Of a stretch of DNA of 63,533 bases, positions 59,691 to 63,533 are shown one piece after another (within the stretch, counting starts at the first letter, position 1; every line of letters starts with the position of its first letter). The notes under the pieces were generated by a model. The model was not told where the DNA came from. It saw only the letters and a program-made list of their open reading frames with translations, and did no database searches. Source of the stretch: Octopus bimaculoides. Lineage: Eukaryota. Position numbers and translations under genes: made by a program. The stretch covers positions 1,123,423 to 1,186,955 of the forward strand of contig NC_068989.1 in the NCBI RefSeq assembly GCF_001194135.2. Reading direction: 5' to 3'.

Positions 59691-61423
59691 TTAATTGTAT
59701 TAATTTTAGCTGAGTGCCTCTGCAAAGTTGGCTTATGCTAGAATTTGAATTCAGCCCTGCAAGTGACTGAAACAGTTTTCAGGTGAAAGTCCTGGGCCAA
59801 TGAGAATCAGCTGTTGTATATGTATTGCTGAAAAGTCAGGATGGTCATGCGTGAAGGGCCTTTCATCAGAAGCGTGATGTTCTGAAATGCTCTATGGGTT
59901 TTTTTCTTTATAGATAGGGAGATATCTCCCTTGGCAGACGACACGTGACAAGAACTGGGAGGATAAAAATGGCGGTCTCTTGGAAGTTGTTGGGGGAGGA
60001 GGGGGTGTATGCGTTGAGGTTCCCTGTGATAAGGCAGGACCCAGAAACTGATGCATGATGTTCATTGGGGTAGCCCCTTATCGACGGACAGTATTATCTG
60101 GATATCAGTCTGGCAGGTCATTACTCAATCCACTCTCACCAGCTGAGAAGGCATGCCAATAAGTCTCCTGATTCAGGATGACCCTGGGTTAAACAACAGC
60201 CAAGAGGATTCTCTTGGAATTCTAACACACAATCCTGTGTTTCTTAACTGGATTCAGTTAACGTTCCAATCTGAATTCACCACCCCTCCCCCTCCCACGA
60301 ACCTCTTCTCTTCGACATTAAGGATTTCTTCCAGTGATTCAAAGCTAGTTGAATCCAATATGGTTGTTGGTTGTTGTTTTATTAATCATGGAAGGCTTGA
60401 AAGGCAACGTGTACAGCCAATGAAATACTAAAACTAAAGAAGCCATAATAGAGTCACTCAACCTGCTAGAAATAGTAGCTAAGTCCCCCTCAGATCATAC
60501 CTTACAGGTTTCGAACTTGGAATATAGCAGGATCTAATTAAATATTGTAGCATGTTTCATTGCTTTGATTTTGTTTGATGAGGTCTAAGAGTAATTTGAA
60601 CAGGTCAATAGGTACAACTGATTTGGTTGCTACCAGTTTATGACTGGTATTTAGTGTAATCAATGAATGGTTGAGTTACTGCTGCTGAGATTATAATCAC
60701 AAAAACAAAGAAGAACATGGGTTAAAAGGCTCCCCAGTCACGAGGCCCCAAATTGTAAGGGCAACAAGTAATTCGCCCAAAAGTTCAGTTGAAGGAAATC
60801 AATACCATTTATTAGATCAATAATTCCCTTAGGGGTGATGGGTGAAGATGGGATTTTGTAATTAGAATTGCGTAGTGGCACCGACTTTAATACTGTGAAT
60901 GATCTAATCTGTCTCTCTTATGTCTGCATCCAACAGCAACAACAGCAATACGTTGTAATGTCTCTGCTGGGTGATCAAGTACAAACAATTAACCCTTTGC
61001 ATCACCTCCACCACCAGCAGCAGCATGTTGGAAACTAATTTGTTATATACATATNNNNNNNNNNNNNNNNNNNNNNNNNNNNNNNNNNNNNNNNNNNNNN
61101 NNNNNNNNNNNNNNNNNNGAACTGTTTCTCTTTACCTCTTCCCCCCCCCCATCCTTTCCGAGCTGCTTCTATTTCAACAAAATGTATGGAAAACCACTTC
61201 GACCAGTTTTCTGAATAGGTCTGTAGCTGGTCTCACTGTATCTATGTACTCGTCTCTTAGCAACAAAACATTCGGTCACCATAATATACCATAATGCACT
61301 GCGGTTTGGAATTGACAAAATGTTGAACGTGCTTTAGTGGAATGTTTACATACATCATCATCATCATCATCGTCATCATTGTCGTCATTTAATGTCTGTT
61401 ATTCATGCTGGCATGGGTTGGAC

Positions 61424-61640
<217 letters not shown>

Positions 61641-61944
61641 TGTATATATTATCTGTTGAATGACTTCATGAATCCAATAGTTTTTCTTTTTGTTTTCTTG
61701 TTGTTGTTGTTGTTGTTGTTGCTTGCCAAACTGCTTTTTTGATTAAAACTGAAACACAAAAGAAACAAGAAGTGGGCTTAGAAGTCTTTGCTATTTCTAG
61801 ATGCTTCCTGTATGGAATGGGGAAGTGAGAGACGTTTCAAGAAGGACACTGAGAAGTAGTTGGTACCAGCTGAGTTGCTTGTTATTTCTACTTTAAAAAT
61901 AGTTAACTAGCCCAGGTGGTGGTGGTGGTAGTAGTAGTAGAGGG

Positions 61945-62160
61945 GTATGTGCTGTAACAGTGTACCCCTGCATCCACCATTTGTTGGTGGTTCCCTACCC
62001 CTGGTGGATGACATCTTTGCACTGCTCAGGGGACAACCCTGCAACCCATGGGTCTGTCTGGGCAGTTGCTGTTGGTGAGGGTTTTACAAGGTCAGAGTGC
62101 AAATCCTACTTTTAGTCTCCCTTTACGACATGCAGAGGAAACTTTGGGTCTATTCTTTGA
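61945..62160 (-). repeat. Uncharacterised structured interspersed repeat, copy 2 (possible RTE 5'UTR)
   Basis: Homologous to 17750-17960. The minus strand contains CCTCTGCATGTCGTAAAGGGAGACTAAAAG and several hairpins. Confidence 0.8.
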
Positions 62161-62324
62161 CATGCTGGTCCTCTAAACGGTGCAACTTGCTTAGGGAGGA
62201 TTTTTTGTCTTCCATTCAGTTAGTGCCACAAAACCCTGAAAGAATTTGTTCAATCAGCAATGGAAATCTGTAGATCAACAAAATGAAACAGTTATCCCAA
62301 ATTTCAATTATTCGTTTGGTTTTC

Positions 62325-62575
62325 TTGGTGCCTTGTGGCACTTGAAGGGACAGCAGGATCATTCTACCTTCTAACACTGACAGCATCCTTGACAGCTTGT
62401 TCCATTGTTAACCCTCTCCTTTGAAGATCTTTTCTTATTGTTCTCCGCCATGTTTCCTTTGGTCAGCCATGTCTTCTTTTACCTTGTGGAAGCCATTGCA
62501 AAGCGATGCTGACAATTGAATTTGGTTTATAGCGACCAACTCGACTCAGCCGTTTCCATTTCCTTGTTTCAAAGA
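62325..62575 (-). mobile_element. RTE-clade LINE 3' coding end
   Basis: Translation PNSIVSIALQWLPQGKRRHG*PKETWRRTIRKDLQRRGLTMEQA...SATRHQE matches the W.PQGKR.RGRPK.TWRRT pattern. Confidence 0.88.
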
Positions 62576-63533
62576 ATATAATGCAATACACAAATTTTAA
62601 TTATGGATCCATATTTTAATGCTGTCCCTCTTTCTCCACTTTCAAGCTCTATAAAATAACAATGGCCTAATTAAACTAGATCCCTTTCAGCATTCACTGA
62701 AGCAAAGAAATTATCTTTAGGGATTTGTTGTTATTTAACCCCTGGTAATTGTGGTCAGTGACCTATGATTAAAAGCATTCCAGCTATGACCATCCTGTCA
62801 TTTTAAAGGAATCTAAGACTGTTATGTGTCGTCTTATTTAAGCCTTTAAGGTATGATTTGAGGGAGATTTAGCTACTCCTCCTAGCCAGTTGAGTGACTC
62901 AGTTATGCCTTTTTTAGTTTTTGTCTTTGTTTTAAGACAAAGACCAATGGCCAGAGACATGTGGAATTGGCCAAAGACGTGTGGAATGCTACTCGCATGG
63001 ATTGATTGAACTCTTAACGACTATTTTAACCCTCCAATTTGGCCACTTGTGTCTCTCAGCATGAAGTGAAGAATTTGCTGATGAGAATTACTGTTGCATC
63101 TCTGAAGAATTGGTGTAGAGGAATGGTGGTGGTGGTGGTGGTGGAGAGTAGATGAATAATTCCTGCAACTCTTCTCTGAAGCCAGTTTATTGTTCGTTTG
63201 TCCTGTTTGTTTGTGTGCTTGTGGAGGTGTAAGATTTACTCCTGCGGCAGGGTATGTCTCTCCTGATCTGCTCAACACATCATCACTCGCCTGCATTCAA
63301 GGCACATCTCTTCTCATTCATGGCATCACCCCCCCTCTCTCTTTTTGTTTTGTCTTTTAAAGGAAATAATTTTTGGCTTCAGGTTTGCTTTTCTATAACT
63401 CTCCTTCTTTTTCTCTCACTCTCTCTGCATTTCTCCCCTTCCTCCCCCTCCCTCTGTCTGTCTTATCCTTCCTCCCTCCCTCCCGCCTCCCTTCCTATTC
63501 TTTGAATGTCATTTTTCTCCTTATTTTCTTGTT

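Noticed and set aside
59916-59931. Perfect 16-bp palindrome agggagatatctccct
   Set aside because: About one such 8-bp-arm palindrome is expected by chance in 63 kb.
59935-60350. GC-richer segment with CLITGNLNAY (APE GDFNA-like) on the minus strand
   Set aside because: A single degenerate motif amid many stops; insufficient to assign.

Overview
This is AT-rich metazoan genomic DNA with about 2.3 kb of N gaps and very dense microsatellites, SINEs and LINE remnants. That landscape suggests a cephalopod (Octopus-like) genome; this is an inference and was not verified. The only confidently identified gene is FTCD (formimidoyltransferase-cyclodeaminase) on the minus strand. I assembled 13 GT-AG coding exons (10987 down to 479; 1539 nt, 513 codons) into one open frame. 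The last exon lies off the left edge, and five of the exons are absent from the ORF track. A CpG-rich patch at about 22.1-22.9 kb looks like a divergent promoter, with a minus-strand donor at 22515 (likely the FTCD 5' leader) and a plus-strand donor at 22931 (unidentified transcript). A decayed D,D34D mariner transposase sits at 24.4-25.5 kb. The rest is intron-like or intergenic: three tRNA-type SINE families, RTE/Tx1/R4/Penelope LINE remnants, hAT and mariner MITEs, Helitron-type ends, and several exon-like segments I could not assign to a protein. No prokaryotic-type system, CRISPR array, rRNA or intact tRNA gene is visible. The best novelty candidates are perfect intronic hairpins, hammerhead-like structured RNA remnants, a two-copy structured repeat, and a phase-compatible small membrane-protein/uORF exon chain in the putative FTCD leader. 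Repeat boundaries are approximate (about +/-20 nt); FTCD exon boundaries are exact.
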